This document shows, one piece after another, positions 43,341-56,907 of a DNA stretch of 64,000 nucleotides. Source of the DNA: the human T2T-CHM13v2.0 reference genome, Homo sapiens; NCBI RefSeq assembly GCF_009914755.1, contig NC_060938.1. The stretch is one strand, 5' to 3'. Below the pieces are notes generated by a model. The model did no database searches and was not told the origin of the DNA. It saw only the letters and a list, made by a program, of their open reading frames with translations. The position numbers were made by a program, and so were the translations under genes. Within the stretch, counting starts at the first letter, position 1. Each line of letters begins with the position of its first letter.

Positions 43341-43848
43341 ATAACTTTCTAAATATCCCACCACCTTCAATTTTCTGTTCTTCTTGGTGTGTTCTAGTTT
43401 TCCCATGGCCAAAAAAACCAGTCAGTACTTATATTCCCTTCCTAACGTCAAACTCACTTGATCAGTGGTTAAGATATTTAGGGTTCATCGTATGCAATTT
43501 TTTTTCCATTTTTCATGGTCTTTGCATCATGGTCACTGAAAAAACCTCCAACAATCTGTCTCTCTCTCTCTTCTTAATGTCTTATGTCATGGTGATTCCA
43601 ATACTCTTTAGTAACATGTCTCATAGACATGCAACATTAAAGTATCTTACACTAACTCCACTTTCTGAGCTTCTACAGATGCTTCCTTTTCTTTTTCTTC
43701 TCACTGTTAACCATAAACAGATTTTACCTCTCTGTCATTTCTTAACACAATTACATCCAAAGCCACAAAATAGTCACATTCAGCAGAGGCATGAAGGAGG
43801 TGGTAGTGTACTGAGATACAACTGTCTTACATAAGTTCATGTTAAAAA

Positions 43849-43960
43849 ATATATATATGTGTATATATATGATATATATGTATGTGTATATATATGAGAT
43901 ATGTGTGTGTATATATATATACACACACACATATATATATACATATACATATGTATATAT
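43849..43960. repeat. Compound (TA)/(TG)/(CA) microsatellite
   Basis: Directly visible. Confidence 0.92.
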
Positions 43961-45109
43961 GAGAGACACTAAGAAAAATTGATTGATACAGAGCCCTTTA
44001 GGTTTTGGGATTCTGTGGGATCATTTAAACAAACTGTTCAAATGTGTAGGACCAAATAAGTTATATCTTATGGGCTGAAACAATTTTCAGATGCAACCTG
44101 AGTCACCATTTAGAGTACTTGAAAAATCATAGATATTTAAAGAAGATCATTAAAACCATCAATGCACAAAGTCCCAATTTCTCAAATAAAGGGAAATGTG
44201 TTATGATAAAGTTATTGAAGAAATGAATTTTGGGTGTCTACAATTGGCCATACTCTCAATCTTCTGAGGACCAAGTCCATAGATAAATGATGCTAGAGCA
44301 AAAGTTGATTTTCGCATTAGGTTTGTTTTGGACTCATGCCCCAAAATGAATCTTTTCTTCACTTCTATCCATGCAGCAGCTGACCAACAACTTCCATCTC
44401 TCCTATGCCTACTCTTTTATTACTGTCATTTTCTGGATGTGGACACGCTATTCCCCTCCATCTCCAACCCCCTCCAAACCACGTTTTCATTTTACAGTCC
44501 AGGCCATTCCTCCCTTCACCATTTCTCCATTTCAGGCTGAATGGCCACTGTTTTGCCTCAGGACTCTTCCTATATGATTTTTCCCCTGTAAACAGATCCA
44601 AAAGTTGAAGTCCACTGTGCTCTGATCCCACCTCTCAACCTGGACTGCAGCTTCCAGTGAGTGTCACATAAGAGAGTAAATGCACCTGCTGTCAGCACAA
44701 GTGCATTCACATGGTCATAACAAATTAATTTTCTCTATCCTTTCTTTTTTTTTCCTTTGGTATTGCCATGGCATTATAAGTTGGTTGGTCAAAGAACTGT
44801 GATCAGAAAGTAATGAAAAAACTGTTTCATGGTAAAATACTAAAATATGTACTAAATAATTATTCCTTTGTGAGTTTTCACATGCTCCCACAGATTCTTA
44901 ACAACCGGAACCCTAAATATGTTGCTATCCATTTTTATATCAATAACAACCAATAACCTAAAAACAACATTTATAAAGTTGCAAATGACACTAAATTATA
45001 AGACATGACAAAATAAAGACTAGGTCACAGTTACAAATAACATTTCATGAGAATAAATGTAAATGTTATTTGATTCCAAAAATATTTCTAAACTCTTTAA
45101 TGTGAAAAA

Positions 45110-45600
45110 ATAATCTAGCCCAGAGCCCCATCAAATGAGCTAATAACACGTCAGTCAGAAATTTTTCTCTTTTTTAAGCCATCCAGGACAGGTAGCTCAC
45201 TGTTGCCCAAAACTGCCCATGGCATTTTTGAAAAAAAAAAATAATAGCGAGACAATTCTTTGTCATATTGGGTTCAATTTTGCCTTATTTTGCCTTATTT
45301 TAACATAAATTACTTTGCATTCTACCTTCCGACTGAGGCCATTCAGATATTTGAGGAGAGTTCACAAAACAGAAAGCTGTCACATCATTCTTCTTTATGG
45401 TGCCTTTCCGGTTCCTTTGACAGTTCCTCATAGAACATTTCCTGTAACTCCATGACTATTCTTATCTTTCACCCCCTAAAATACTCCAGTATATTAATAT
45501 GTCTCAAAGATCAGGATGCAGAAATTAACACATACTTTAGGGGAGAAATTATAAGCATACAATATAATGATTATCTCCCTTTTCCTGAACATTTTCTCTA
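45110..45600 (-). mobile_element. L3/CR1 relic (antisense)
   Basis: gtagctcactg...ctgcccatggcattttt...ttctttgtcatattg; cagaaattaacacatact resembles antisense L3. Confidence 0.45.
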
Positions 45601-45699
45601 TTACTATAATCTTATGATACATAAAGACAATATAGGAAAGCCACAGTCAGGCAATAGAAATGTGAAAAGTCTGAAGCTGTTGACTTCAGGATTACTATG

Positions 45700-46170
45700 G
45701 GCGAATTCTGCAATACAGTGATCAGCCACTTAAGCAAATTCAAATGGCATTAGTAGAGGTGTAATATCTAAACCTTAGTAATCAATAACCCTGTTACATG
45801 CTGCATTGATTAAACCATATCTGGAATATTGTTTCAATTCTTGAAAAATATTTGCTGTTGAAATCTTGAAAAACCAGTGTGCAACTAAAGAACAGTACCC
45901 AGAAAGATAAGGATGATCTCAGAACCATGTAACCTAAAAACCTGCTGGAGTAATAGTGCATCTCAGGCCAGGAGAAGAGGAACTTACTATGGATGACTGC
46001 TGTCAAAACTCTGAAGCATGACACCTGAAAGAGTCTTGCTAATTGTGGTTGTTTCATAAGACAGAACCAGAAAACTGAGTAAAAGCTACAGAGAGGCAGG
46101 AATAACTACTTCGTGATATGGTAAATGCACTGTCACTGCAAGTATTCTGGTAGAGGTAGATTTCTATTTA
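45700..46170 (+). mobile_element. L3/CR1 relic (sense)
   Basis: ctgcattgattaaaccatatctggaatattgtttcaattc (LxRPHLEYC-like) and ggagaagagg, typical of the CR1 ORF2 end. Confidence 0.55.
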
Positions 46171-48559
46171 GCAAGATTAATGTACTACAGATTCTGGCAT
46201 TAGGTGCCTATTTGAACAAATCTCTAATTTTATTTCAAAAGCTAAGCTACCATGATTACTAATACTAAAATTCTCCATCAGTTCTAGAGAAAACAGGTAT
46301 ACTGACAGTAAGGTAATAAAGAGGCAGAAAAGAAAAGCTATGCATTTATCATGCCACATTACCACAAATCATGAAAAAAATGAAGGTGTCCTGGGTTTAT
46401 CTGTGTCATTGGCCCATCTTTTTCCCCAGCCCACTTTGATGCTTCCCTCTGGCGGATCATTTTCTACCAACCACTTCTTAGTCTTTGGACCATGCTGTCC
46501 TGTACTTCCTGGTATCCTATGCTTCGAGAAGCTACAACTGAGGGAAGCAACAGGGAGGAGTCATTTAATTCCCTTAATTGTCTTACCATTCTAGCCTCTG
46601 GAGGCCCTGTTGATAGTGTTTTTCTATATTCACTTTTAATTATTTGATAAAATATGTGTCATTTAAATCACTAAGAAAAAATATATATGTTAATATGCAT
46701 TTGTGCATGCATTTAATCAAGTATATACAAACATTTCTTTTGAATAGCACTGTGAAATCATCTCAAAGCAGGCAAAATATAGGATTTTTCATTTCTCTGT
46801 TTTGATTTTGTAAGTTAGAAATTAATAAAAACAGAAGTTAGGTATGAAATAACAAAAAGAGTCTAAGCAGATTATGAATTGGGTAGGCTGATCAAAAATA
46901 AAAGTCATGAGAAACTCATACACATAACAGACACTGTGATTTACAATACTTTTTAAATGTTAGTAAAGAAGCATTATAGCCAATACTTGATGTAACTATC
47001 TTTTTACATACAAATAGTTTGCCTTTAGGTAAATAAGTATTGTAGATATTTCTTTCTTCTTTCCACAAAACAAACAAAAAACCAAAACTGTAGTGACAAC
47101 TCATTGGTAGATTTAACATTAGATAATTATTTAAGAATTTCCATAGTGTAAAATGCTGAAATCATTACAAGTGGCCTTTCTCTCTCTTGCCATTTTAATC
47201 ATGTCTTGGTATAAAATTAATAAGGAGACTGTAAAGATACAACCCCTATAGAAATCCATATAGAGATAAATGCTTATGGATGCAGAGCTTTGTTTACTTA
47301 ACCATTAAGCTCCTGAAAGCATTGTGTTGGTGAGAAATATTGGAGAGACACAATGTATGAGAAAAGCAAAGAACTCAGGTATCATCTTTACACCCTGATG
47401 GCTTTACTTCTCTAATTTAAGCCAACAACAAAGGAAAGTGCCATTGTCCTGCTACATTCCTTTAAAGTAACAGGTGCTTGCTGGATAAACAGTATTGATC
47501 CTCCAAGAATTAAATAATGACACCACCATCAGATGGCAAATAAGACAATAGAACGTGTAGCTGGGGGTAGCAATGACTTGACTATTGTGAAATCTATGTG
47601 CTAATATTTCTTTTTCTAAAATTATGCATCAATAGTTCACTCAGCAAGTAAATTTGAATAAGTTATATTGGAATGCTAACTCATCAAACTAATTATGTGC
47701 AATGGCATAGATTGCATGCTTTTGATATATCTGATAAAACTGTAGTGCTAACTGATCATGCAGTTCTACTAAGTAGAATTATTTCTAGAACAAACACGGT
47801 AAAGAGAAATAAGTATGCCTGTTTGACAAAGGACCTGGAACAAATTTGAAGATTGAGATGCATCAAAGTGAAACTCATCATTTTGGTGACAGGTATGGCT
47901 GTGCATGCACTAGTTAAACATCTTAAATTACCGGGGATTTGTTATGCATGGGTTGCTTTTGTTAGTTTAGAGTCATCCTGGATACGTGTGGCAAAAATGT
48001 AGAGAATTGTAATACCAATGATAAATAATTGTAAAGATTTATACTTGAACATTATTTTCATTATTATGAATAAAAAAACAAGAAAAGCAAATGAAGATCT
48101 AATATTCTGCTCACAATTAGTCAGACAGAAGCCTGCAGTCTTATTCTCTATATATCTCCATGACAAGATAAGATTCCAGGGCTAAATTATGTTGTAAATA
48201 CCTTACAATAGTATAGAATGTTCAGAACATTAGTTTCCTCTACTGTACTTTCCACTTTACCTCTGTCCCTTGTCTTCTCCAAGTCCTGAATGCTACTGAT
48301 GTGTGATGGAATCTGTTCCTAAAGTATTTCAAACTCAGAAGTATATATCTGTTCATTGAAGCACATTACAATATTCTTAGAGCGCTTCATTGCCTTTTAG
48401 TTCCCTTCTGAAATCATTACCAAATAGTCCTTCTATTTCTGGACTCTTCATCTTCAATTTTACTTCTGCTAATTTCATCCCAGGAAAAAACAGACCAACA
48501 GACCATGATCTAGTGGTTATAACACAAAGTGTAGCAGGAGCTCATTTGACGTCTCTCTT

Positions 48560-48690
48560 CCCTGAGTTGGGACTGATTCAATGCATGGCCTTGGGCAAGT
48601 TACTTAGCCTCCATTGCCCCATATGAACCTGAGTCTTAATAACACCTACCTCACCAGGGGTTGTGAGAATTCATTAATAAACTGTCATTA
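48560..48690 (+). mobile_element. MIR
   Basis: ggccttgggcaagttacttagcctc...aacacctacctcaccaggggttgtgagaatt core. Confidence 0.7.
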
Positions 48691-50102
48691 TCAGTCTTCA
48701 TTATGCACCTGTGTGCAACCTCAAACAATCCCTCTTGTTCTAATTGAGCAGTATAGTGTATGTATTTTCCTGGGGTTTTATTTTTTATGTGCAGGGAGAG
48801 ATTTTTGTGTGTTCTCTCTACTCCTGTTCAAGACAACTATTAGAACCAGACCGCTTTATCTAGGTAATTTGGCTTAGTGGAATTTTTTAAGCCATACAGC
48901 AACCTAGATGTTGACACTGAGAAATTAAAATGATGATTATTAGGCTGGGTTCCCATCCACTGCCAAGTGACAGGCTTATTTTTCTCTCTTCAAACCTGCC
49001 AGCTAGCTGGCCCCTGTGCTTCTCAAAGCAGCAAAGTTTTAAAGAACCGAGGAACATTACCCAAGCCACAATGCAATAACTCTAATAAACTGCACCTGTG
49101 GATGACTCTGTGGTTTATTTATATACTGTATCACAGGTCATTAACAGAAAATAACCCACTGAGATACAACGTTCTTGTTTACAGTGAGGTTCTGGTGGCG
49201 ACAGCAGGAATATAAAATACAAAATCAACAGGGAACACTGAACTAATAAAAAGATAAGGGTCTATAAAGCATAGAAGAAAATAAAGCCAACTGTGCAGGC
49301 AAAAATAAAATAAAATAAACTTCCATCATAAAACAATCAAAAGCTATGGTATATTTATAGAGACTGGGGAACCCAAAGACCCACTGAGCTGGAATATTTA
49401 TGGGTGTCAGATTGAAAGTCAGGAAATCTGTATGCTGTCTGAAGTGAAAGCTTGATCCATTGGATATATCCTTAGAAAAACAGATTTGTTTCCCCTTCTT
49501 CTGATGGTCCTTACCAACCTTTCCAGCCAATAAGCTTTCAGATATCTTTATTACTTTGATATGAAATTAGCCTTTCCAAACAGTCATGTATATTAACTTT
49601 AGAAAATGCTTGCTCAGAAATTCTAAGCCAAAAACATAAAATTTTGGCCACTCTATTACTATGATATCATTTCTCTGTCTTCATTGCCAAGAACAATGGC
49701 ACCTCTCTGTACAAGCCGCTAATCACTAGTAGGTAGCATAATTTTAGGCGTCAGTGATTTTATTGAGAAGATTTGCCTCAATAGAACGGTCTCTACTCCT
49801 GAATCACCGTATTTGAAATACTATACTTTAATAATATATATTAACGTTACATCTCTCTGCCACTCATCTTTTAAATACCAACACTTTTAAGATAATTAGG
49901 CAAAATTCACAATAAATGCTATTACAATAAGTATTTAGATGAGTTTGGAAGAGGACGGAAGGAGGCAGGTAGGCAGACGAATTGGACTCAGATAAGGAAG
50001 CGTTTACTTCTCAGTATTTCCTAGGACCAGTTTTAACAATATCCTTTCCGTGTGGATATAGTAGCTTAGTCTTACTGTCTCTAGCCTTCTACATTTTTGC
50101 CA

Positions 50103-50464
50103 TGTCTTATTCTATTTTGTGCTGCTGTAACAGAAACGTTAGACTGGGTAATTTATAAAGAACAGAAATGTATTTCTTACAGTTCTGGAGGCTTGGAAGT
50201 CCAAGATCAATCAGCCCACATCCGATGATGGCCTTCATGCTGTGTCATCCCATCGCAGAAAGCAGAAGGGCAAGAGAGTGTGAGCAAGAGAGAAAAAGAG
50301 ATTAAACTCACTGTCTCAACCACTTTCTCATAGTTAGTAATCCATTAATGAAGATAGAGCCCTCATGACCTAAACACCTCCCATTAGGCCCCACCTCCCA
50401 ACACTTTTGTTGAGGATTAAGTTTCCAAAACATGTTTTTTGGGGAATACATTAAAACCATAGCG
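50103..50464 (-). mobile_element. MaLR solo LTR (MST/MLT1A-like)
   Basis: tgtcttattc...gctgtaacag...agactgggtaatttataaag...aggccccacctcccaacac...aaaccatagc. Confidence 0.82.
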
Positions 50465-51426
50465 TGTCTCTTCAACACAAGCTTCTAGTTATTTAACAAA
50501 AATTCATTTTCTACTACATGCAAAACAAAATAAAAACAAACAAAAATAACAAAATAGGCCCTGTCTTCCAGCAGCTTATCATCTATTTAGAAGCTGACTC
50601 CATGAAGTCAGGGACTTTTTTTGTTCACTTCTGTAATTCCAGCATTTAGAATAATACCAGGCATATGCTACATGGTCAATAAATGTGTTAAATGAAGCAA
50701 TAAGTCAATGAATGAATAAAATAGATATGCAAAATGGCATTGGGGTTATAGAAGTCTAAGCACAGAGAGACTGTATGTAAACAAAGAGCCTGGTTCCATG
50801 TCTGTCATATCTAATTGCTCAATAGTGTTTTTTTTAATGGAAGATAATGTGATTGAAGAAATATTTGTGTATGAAGTAGCAAAGTTTCTGGATCAATAAG
50901 AGAAGTTTGGCTTAGGGTGGATAGAGATTAGCAAGGGACAGCAATCTCAGCAAAGAAAAAGTATACGATCTGAGGAACCAAGAGGTTAAAAATGTACTCT
51001 ATGCATCTATGCAGGTAAGTTTTGCTAACACCTATAAAATGGTCACCGATCAGCCTATCTCCAATATTAGAAGCTTTTTATAAAATGCCATTTTTGAGAA
51101 GATACAGAATCTTTAGCTAATAAAAGCCATAAGTAGTAAAAATAGGACATTCCTTATAAATGTATTAATTATTCACATGTGTCTATGGATCTTAATTAAG
51201 CAAGGTTGGCCTCAGCTTTGTAACATTAGAAAGGGGAGTTCAGGCTGACTTGTGATTATCTTTTCTTCATAGTTTTGAAAGTAATAAAGTAAGGTGGTGT
51301 CGATGTAAACACAAAAAAGGAGCTAGAAAACCAGCATCAGTGCAGGCCCCATAAGGCAGTTCACCAGTAGAAATCCCAGTGGCAATCACAACGGATGAGA
51401 GAAAAATAATTTTTACTATCCCCCTC

Positions 51427-51817
51427 TGTCTTAGTCTGTTTGTGGTGTTACATCAAAATATCTGAGACCGTGTAATTTAGAAGGAACAGAAACTTATTTT
51501 CTCACAGTTCTGCAGGCTGAGAAGTTCATAATTAAGGCACCAGCAGGATTGATTATTTGGTGAGGGATGTTCTCTGCTTCCTTCCGATATGGCACATTGT
51601 CGCTGTGTCTTCCAGAAGGGAGAGGGGAGGAACACTGTGTCTTCACATAGCAGAGAGCGGAAGGGCAAGAGAGCTGAATACTGCTTGAAGCCTCTTTTGT
51701 TAGGTACTTAAACCCACTCAGGAGGAAGGAGCCCAATCAACTCTTAAAGACACCACCTGTAAATACATCACATTGGGAACACCTGAATTTTGGAGGTGGC
51801 ACATTCAAACCATAGCC
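51427..51817 (-). mobile_element. MaLR solo LTR (MSTC-like)
   Basis: tgtcttagtctgtttg...cacattcaaaccatagc termini. Confidence 0.8.
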
Positions 51818-52167
51818 CCTTCTGAGTTCTCAGCTGGGACCCCTGTAACAAAGACAGACTATCAAGAGAAAAACAAAAGGAAGTTTATTAATATATGTAT
51901 ATCATAAATACATGTTACTCAGGGAAAGAGTAACTCTCAAAGAGGTGACTTGGAACTCCAGCTTATCTAAAGTTCTTCAACAAAGAACTTTAACGTTTTA
52001 GAGAAGCAAAAAGACCTAGGAAAAAGACCTTGAGCTCTAGGGGCAGCAAATTGTGGGAAGTCAAATATAGGAAAACCTCATCATAGAAAAAGGCTACGTA
52101 GTAAAGTTATTTATGTAGATTCCTCTGGTGCCATCTCCAGGCTGATAAGCGTCTAAAGTCATCTCTG

Positions 52168-52626
52168 TACCCCCGATGTGATATGATGAGAAGGGGAGTT
52201 CGCCTCTGCAGTATTCATTCCTGAAATCCATAACCTCAGGGTAATCATGAGAAAACATCAGCAAACCAAAATTGTGGGCTATTTTACAATAACTGACCAG
52301 TATTTTTTAAAGTTTCAGGGTCATGCAAGACAAAGAAAGTCAGAGAAACTGTCACAGATTGAAGGAGACTGAGAAGACGTAACAGCAAAATGCAGTGTAG
52401 GAACCTGGATGGAATCTGGGAAAAGGAAAGGGGCATCAGTGGAAAGACTGAAGAAATCCAAGTAAAGTCTAATTTAGTTAATGTTGTTACTTTTGATAAA
52501 TGTACCATGACTCTGTAAGATGTTAACGTTAGGGAAACGTGGGTGAAGGGTATATAGAAATTAACTCTGTGAACTAATGTGCCAACACTTCTGTAAACCT
52601 AAAATTGTCTCAAAGTTAGTTTTTTA
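52168..52626 (+). mobile_element. L1MD-like 3'UTR fragment
   Basis: taatcatgagaaaacatcag...gactgaagaaatcc...gatgttaacgttagggaaac...gggtgaagggtatat. Confidence 0.7.
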
Positions 52627-52928
52627 AGCCGGGCATGGTGGCTCACGCCTGTAATCCCAGCACTTTGGGAGGCGGAGGCTGGCGGATCACCTGAGGTCAG
52701 GAGCCTGAGACCAGCCTGGCCAATGTGGTGAAACCCCATCTCTATTAGAAACACAGAAATTAGCTGGCCATGGTGGTGCACCCTTGTAATCCCAGGCACT
52801 CAGGCGGCTAAGGCAGGAGAATCACTTGAACCTGGGAGGCGGGGGTTGCAGTAAGCCAAGATGACGCCATTGCACTCCAGCCTGGGCGACAAGAGCGAAT
52901 CTCCGTGCCAAAAAAAAAAAAAAAGAAA
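52627..52928 (+). mobile_element. AluS (Sq-like), TSD agtttttta
   Basis: ggatcacctgaggtcaggag and ggcgacaagagcg; TSD at 52618-52626 and 52929-52937. Confidence 0.9.
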
Positions 52929-55900
52929 AGTTTTTTAAGATAAAAAGTAAAATAGCCTTCAATGATCAGCCTTTGTCCTTCCTGGTAGACAGGAAAAGGG
53001 ACACCTTTGTAAATTAGTGTCCCGCTTTAAGGCAAGTGGAGGCGGGGGTGGGGGAGTGAGTGCAGAAAGTTTTTATTATATCTTCTTCTTTCCAATTGCC
53101 TTCAGCTTAAAAATAATCCTTATGTCAAAGTGACATATTTTGGAGTGGCATATTTTCCTACCCTTCAACAGTAACTGGCAAATTGCAAGCATTCAATACA
53201 TTTGAATAAATGAAAGAATAACCAGTTCAAACTGCTTTCTTTTACACAGGCAGAAATGGAAGCCCAGAGAGCTTATGTGGTTTGCTAAGAGCCACAGAGC
53301 TTATTAGTGGCAATGTTAGGCCAACTCTTCTGATTCTTGGCCCAGTGTTAGTCTGCATTTCCCTGTTTATTCTAGTTTACAGTGACGCCATTAAAGGAAC
53401 CGGACCCACTAGCAGCTGCTCTCTAAATATGTTCCTGATTTGAGTCTCTAGCCATGAGACATACATCTCTATTCTTGTTTCTAGTGAGAGATGAACTGGC
53501 ATTTTTGTGCTTGTTTCTGAGGAGGAAATCATTTTGAGTTGAAACACAGCCAGACTGAGGAAGTCCTGCTGAGTCTGAAGGAAGTTCACTCATCCTTTGC
53601 AAATGCTCTGGAAGAAAGAAAAAATAATTCTTGTCTTTGCAGTTTTAGCTAGCATATATTGGGCAACAATCCACTGGATTATTTCTTATGCACCTGTATG
53701 TAAATAATCTGAATAGAACTGATTAACATTTAAATTCTAAGTTACTGAAGTATCCAAGGGGAAATTGATTAGATTGACTTGATTTGGTGCCAATATGGTA
53801 AATGCCTTAATGTTTTAAACAAATTGAGGCAGCAATCTCCGATGATTTTGAAACATCACACTTTTTAAAAATTCTCACTTTGAAATCTGGAAGAAAGTAA
53901 CTTATCTCAAACGTTTGTTTTCCTTCTCCTTAGTATCAAATAAATGTTAACATTTATTTTCATAGTCAGGAGATACTAGCAATGGATCACCATTGTATTC
54001 CTCTAGTGGATTATTTTTAACCCGAATGGCTTTTTTGTTGTTGTTTGAAAAAACCAAATGCCTGTGGGGCTCAATGTACTTGGAAAATATGTAAATGATG
54101 GCTTTCCTCTGTCAATCTGGGAGTGACAATTCAGTAAACCCTTCATCCACATCATCTGTAGCATAATAGCATTTTAATTTAGAGTGAACCTTTTTGCTTA
54201 GCTCATATGTATCTTGTGCATTTTAAGATAAACTATTTACAGAGAAGTATAAAAGTCCCTGGAGATGCAACATCTCATTTTCAATTCTGTGGGCAGGAAT
54301 ACTAATTACGTTATCACATATTCAGCAGCATTCAGCAAAGTTATTTATTCATTCATCCTTAAGACCTGGGATGCCTACCAGGTCAGTTTCAATAAGCAGT
54401 ACCTTGAGAATCTCTGCTGATGGTACATACAGATAATTAGGCGTAGAGTTGTTAGAAAAATCTCACCCCAAAAAGCTCAGCCTTGGAGATTTGCCTGCTC
54501 TTTCATTGTTTGAGCCAGAGAGAAAATCGAGTGGTTGCTAGAAATGAGGAAACACGTATCATCCAAATCTCTCACCCCTACAGGTTCAGTTTCTTAATTG
54601 AAGTTTGGTTTTAGTTCTTAGAATAGCAAGAGAACTTGTTTACAGTTCAGTATTGTGAAAATATTCAGAATTTACAAGTGGAACAATTTGGCTCTTCAGA
54701 TGATTTTGAAAGTGAATGTGCTCTGATTAATGCTGCCTACCTTTACCTTTGAAATCTTTAATAATCATTGGTTAACAATAATCATTTACACTGCACATCA
54801 TCTTCCAGTAATCTTGCTCTACTGAGATGTTAAAGGAACTAGAAGAATATAAATATTCATATTGTATTATATACGTCAGATTTTCCTAGTAGTATTAACA
54901 GTGTTGAGAAAATGAGCACCTGACAATGACTAGGCCTTGGAAGAATATAGTTTGATAACAAACAACCTGATCTGAGAAATTGCCCAACTTCACAAAGCAA
55001 ATGATAGCTTTGCTATTATTCCAGGATTGTAGCAAAACTGTCTTCTGGTTTGTGTCACTCAAAATGTAGAGAAAAAGTAAATCACAGACCACAAAGCAAA
55101 TTCCTTGTTGGGTCATTAGAGCTTGCTTTTGTCTCGGGTTTGGATTTTCTACCTTTTTTCCTCAAGGAATTTGTGAGTTACCTTAGATTAGCTGCAATAT
55201 TTGGGCTAAATCCTATCCGATCCTGACCCCAGGCACCCCCTCCTTTAATACAGGAGAATTCTATATTCCCTTCCTATCACGAGAGCCAATGGAAATTCAG
55301 ATGTAGGAAAGGAGTTTCATTCTCAGGGTGTTGCTACACACTCAATGTCAAAAAGCAACTGGAAACCCAGTAAGAAATCTGACTTTTGCACATCTTTAAT
55401 GTCACTTTCCCCTAGAAATAGAAGATGAAAATGGTTAGGCAGAAAAAACCCACTGAAATATATTTTTCTGAAAATGGTAATGTTAGAAATCTATTCCTTA
55501 GGGATTTAGAGTTCATAATAAAGATCCCAGAATGCCGAAGCTTTTTTGGTAACAGTACATGATGATGGAAAGACATTTTTCATTTTCTGAGTTCTCTTTT
55601 AAATGATGATTTTTTTACTATGCATAATAGTGATTTTGGGGTCAAATATTCATCTTTTTAAATTGATATTGTAAGTTAAAAGGCCAGAGAATTTTACTTG
55701 GTCAAAGAATACATTCAACTTCTCTTTACAAATAGTTTAACTTGTTTAATGGCTTAATTTTCTGGCTTCCTCTGGCAATTGTCTCTTGAGAATGTAACAG
55801 CAGATCACCCAACACTGGCTATGAGATGAGTAAGATGTATTCCCTCAAGCTGAATTGTAACTATACAATTCAGACTCCATCGGGAAGTTTTCCTTCTAGT

Positions 55901-56840
55901 AATAAGATGGAATGCAATATCTTCCCAATCCTACAGTGGAGTCTAAACCATAGTAACAGATACAGAAAGCATAAAAGTTTCACTAGAGAAAGAAGAGGGC
56001 ATAGGGTAATGCAAGCAGGCATGCCATTTCTGGGATAGTAGAGACGGACTAAATTTTAGAGTTTATTTAAAAGAAACAAAACTTTTGCCTAGCAAAATAA
56101 TCAGCAAGTGTTTGATATGTAAAGTCAACATTCAACAGCTGCAAATGGATGTCAAAAATGTACAAATATCAATAATGGTTCTAAGAGGTAAAAGTGATGG
56201 CCAAGCACAGCTTTGTATGGGGAAAGGAATGCTGTGGAAATGAGAAAAAGAAGATGAGTAAGACTTGGATATTGCAAAAACAGGAGGCAGCCAGACTGAA
56301 CTCACATTGACATTGTTCTCTTGGAACAAACTAAAGGTTTCTCCAATTCTTTGGTGAGAAATGGTATAAAAATAAATGTATCTTTTGTCATCTGTTGTCT
56401 ATGATTATGCTTGACAGTACAATGCTTACAACATTTTTTCTGTAGTACAGATTAGGTCATTCCAATGAATCATTTCACTGTTTGCATTAAATTCTACAGC
56501 TATCTGGACTGGTAGGGACCCCTGATTATTACAGTGAAGGTCTTGGTGCTAGAATTTTTGCAAACAAGGAAACAGCTCACCATTCAGAGGGCCCTGCATT
56601 ACATGTTTCTACATTTTTATGATACCAGCCAAAAAAACTCATGGGATCCACATGTGATTGACTCTTTGGTTCATAACTCTTCTTGCAGGTGACATGACAC
56701 CTGGAAGTTTAATTTGAAGAGATCAGAACATTTTTTCAGCAATAATTCTTGTGGATTTATGCTTGTCTTTTCCATTATTTAATTAATTTTAACTTATTTT
56801 CTAAACTCATTTGAGACAAAACCATTTAGTTTAACTATGA

Positions 56841-56907
56841 TGTGTGTGTTTGTGTGTGTCAGTGTGGAAGTGTGTGCAAGGGGGAAGGAGAGAGAGACAG
56901 AGAGAGA
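56841..56907. repeat. Compound (TG)n-(GA)n low-complexity repeat
   Basis: Directly visible. Confidence 0.7.

Larger units (their letters stand above)
51395..53168 (-). mobile_element. ERV1 MER34-family LTR, fragmented by MST, L1MD and Alu insertions
   Basis: ccttcagcttaaaaataatccttatgtcaaagtgacatattttggagtggcatatt...cccttca is the antisense MER34 start; matching pieces at ~51820-52167 and ~52960-53168. Confidence 0.65.

Noticed and set aside
51010-51020. Consensus plus-strand donor caggtaagt (similar motifs near 30068 and 58991)
   Set aside because: No supporting acceptor or coding frame; short motifs occur by chance in 64 kb.
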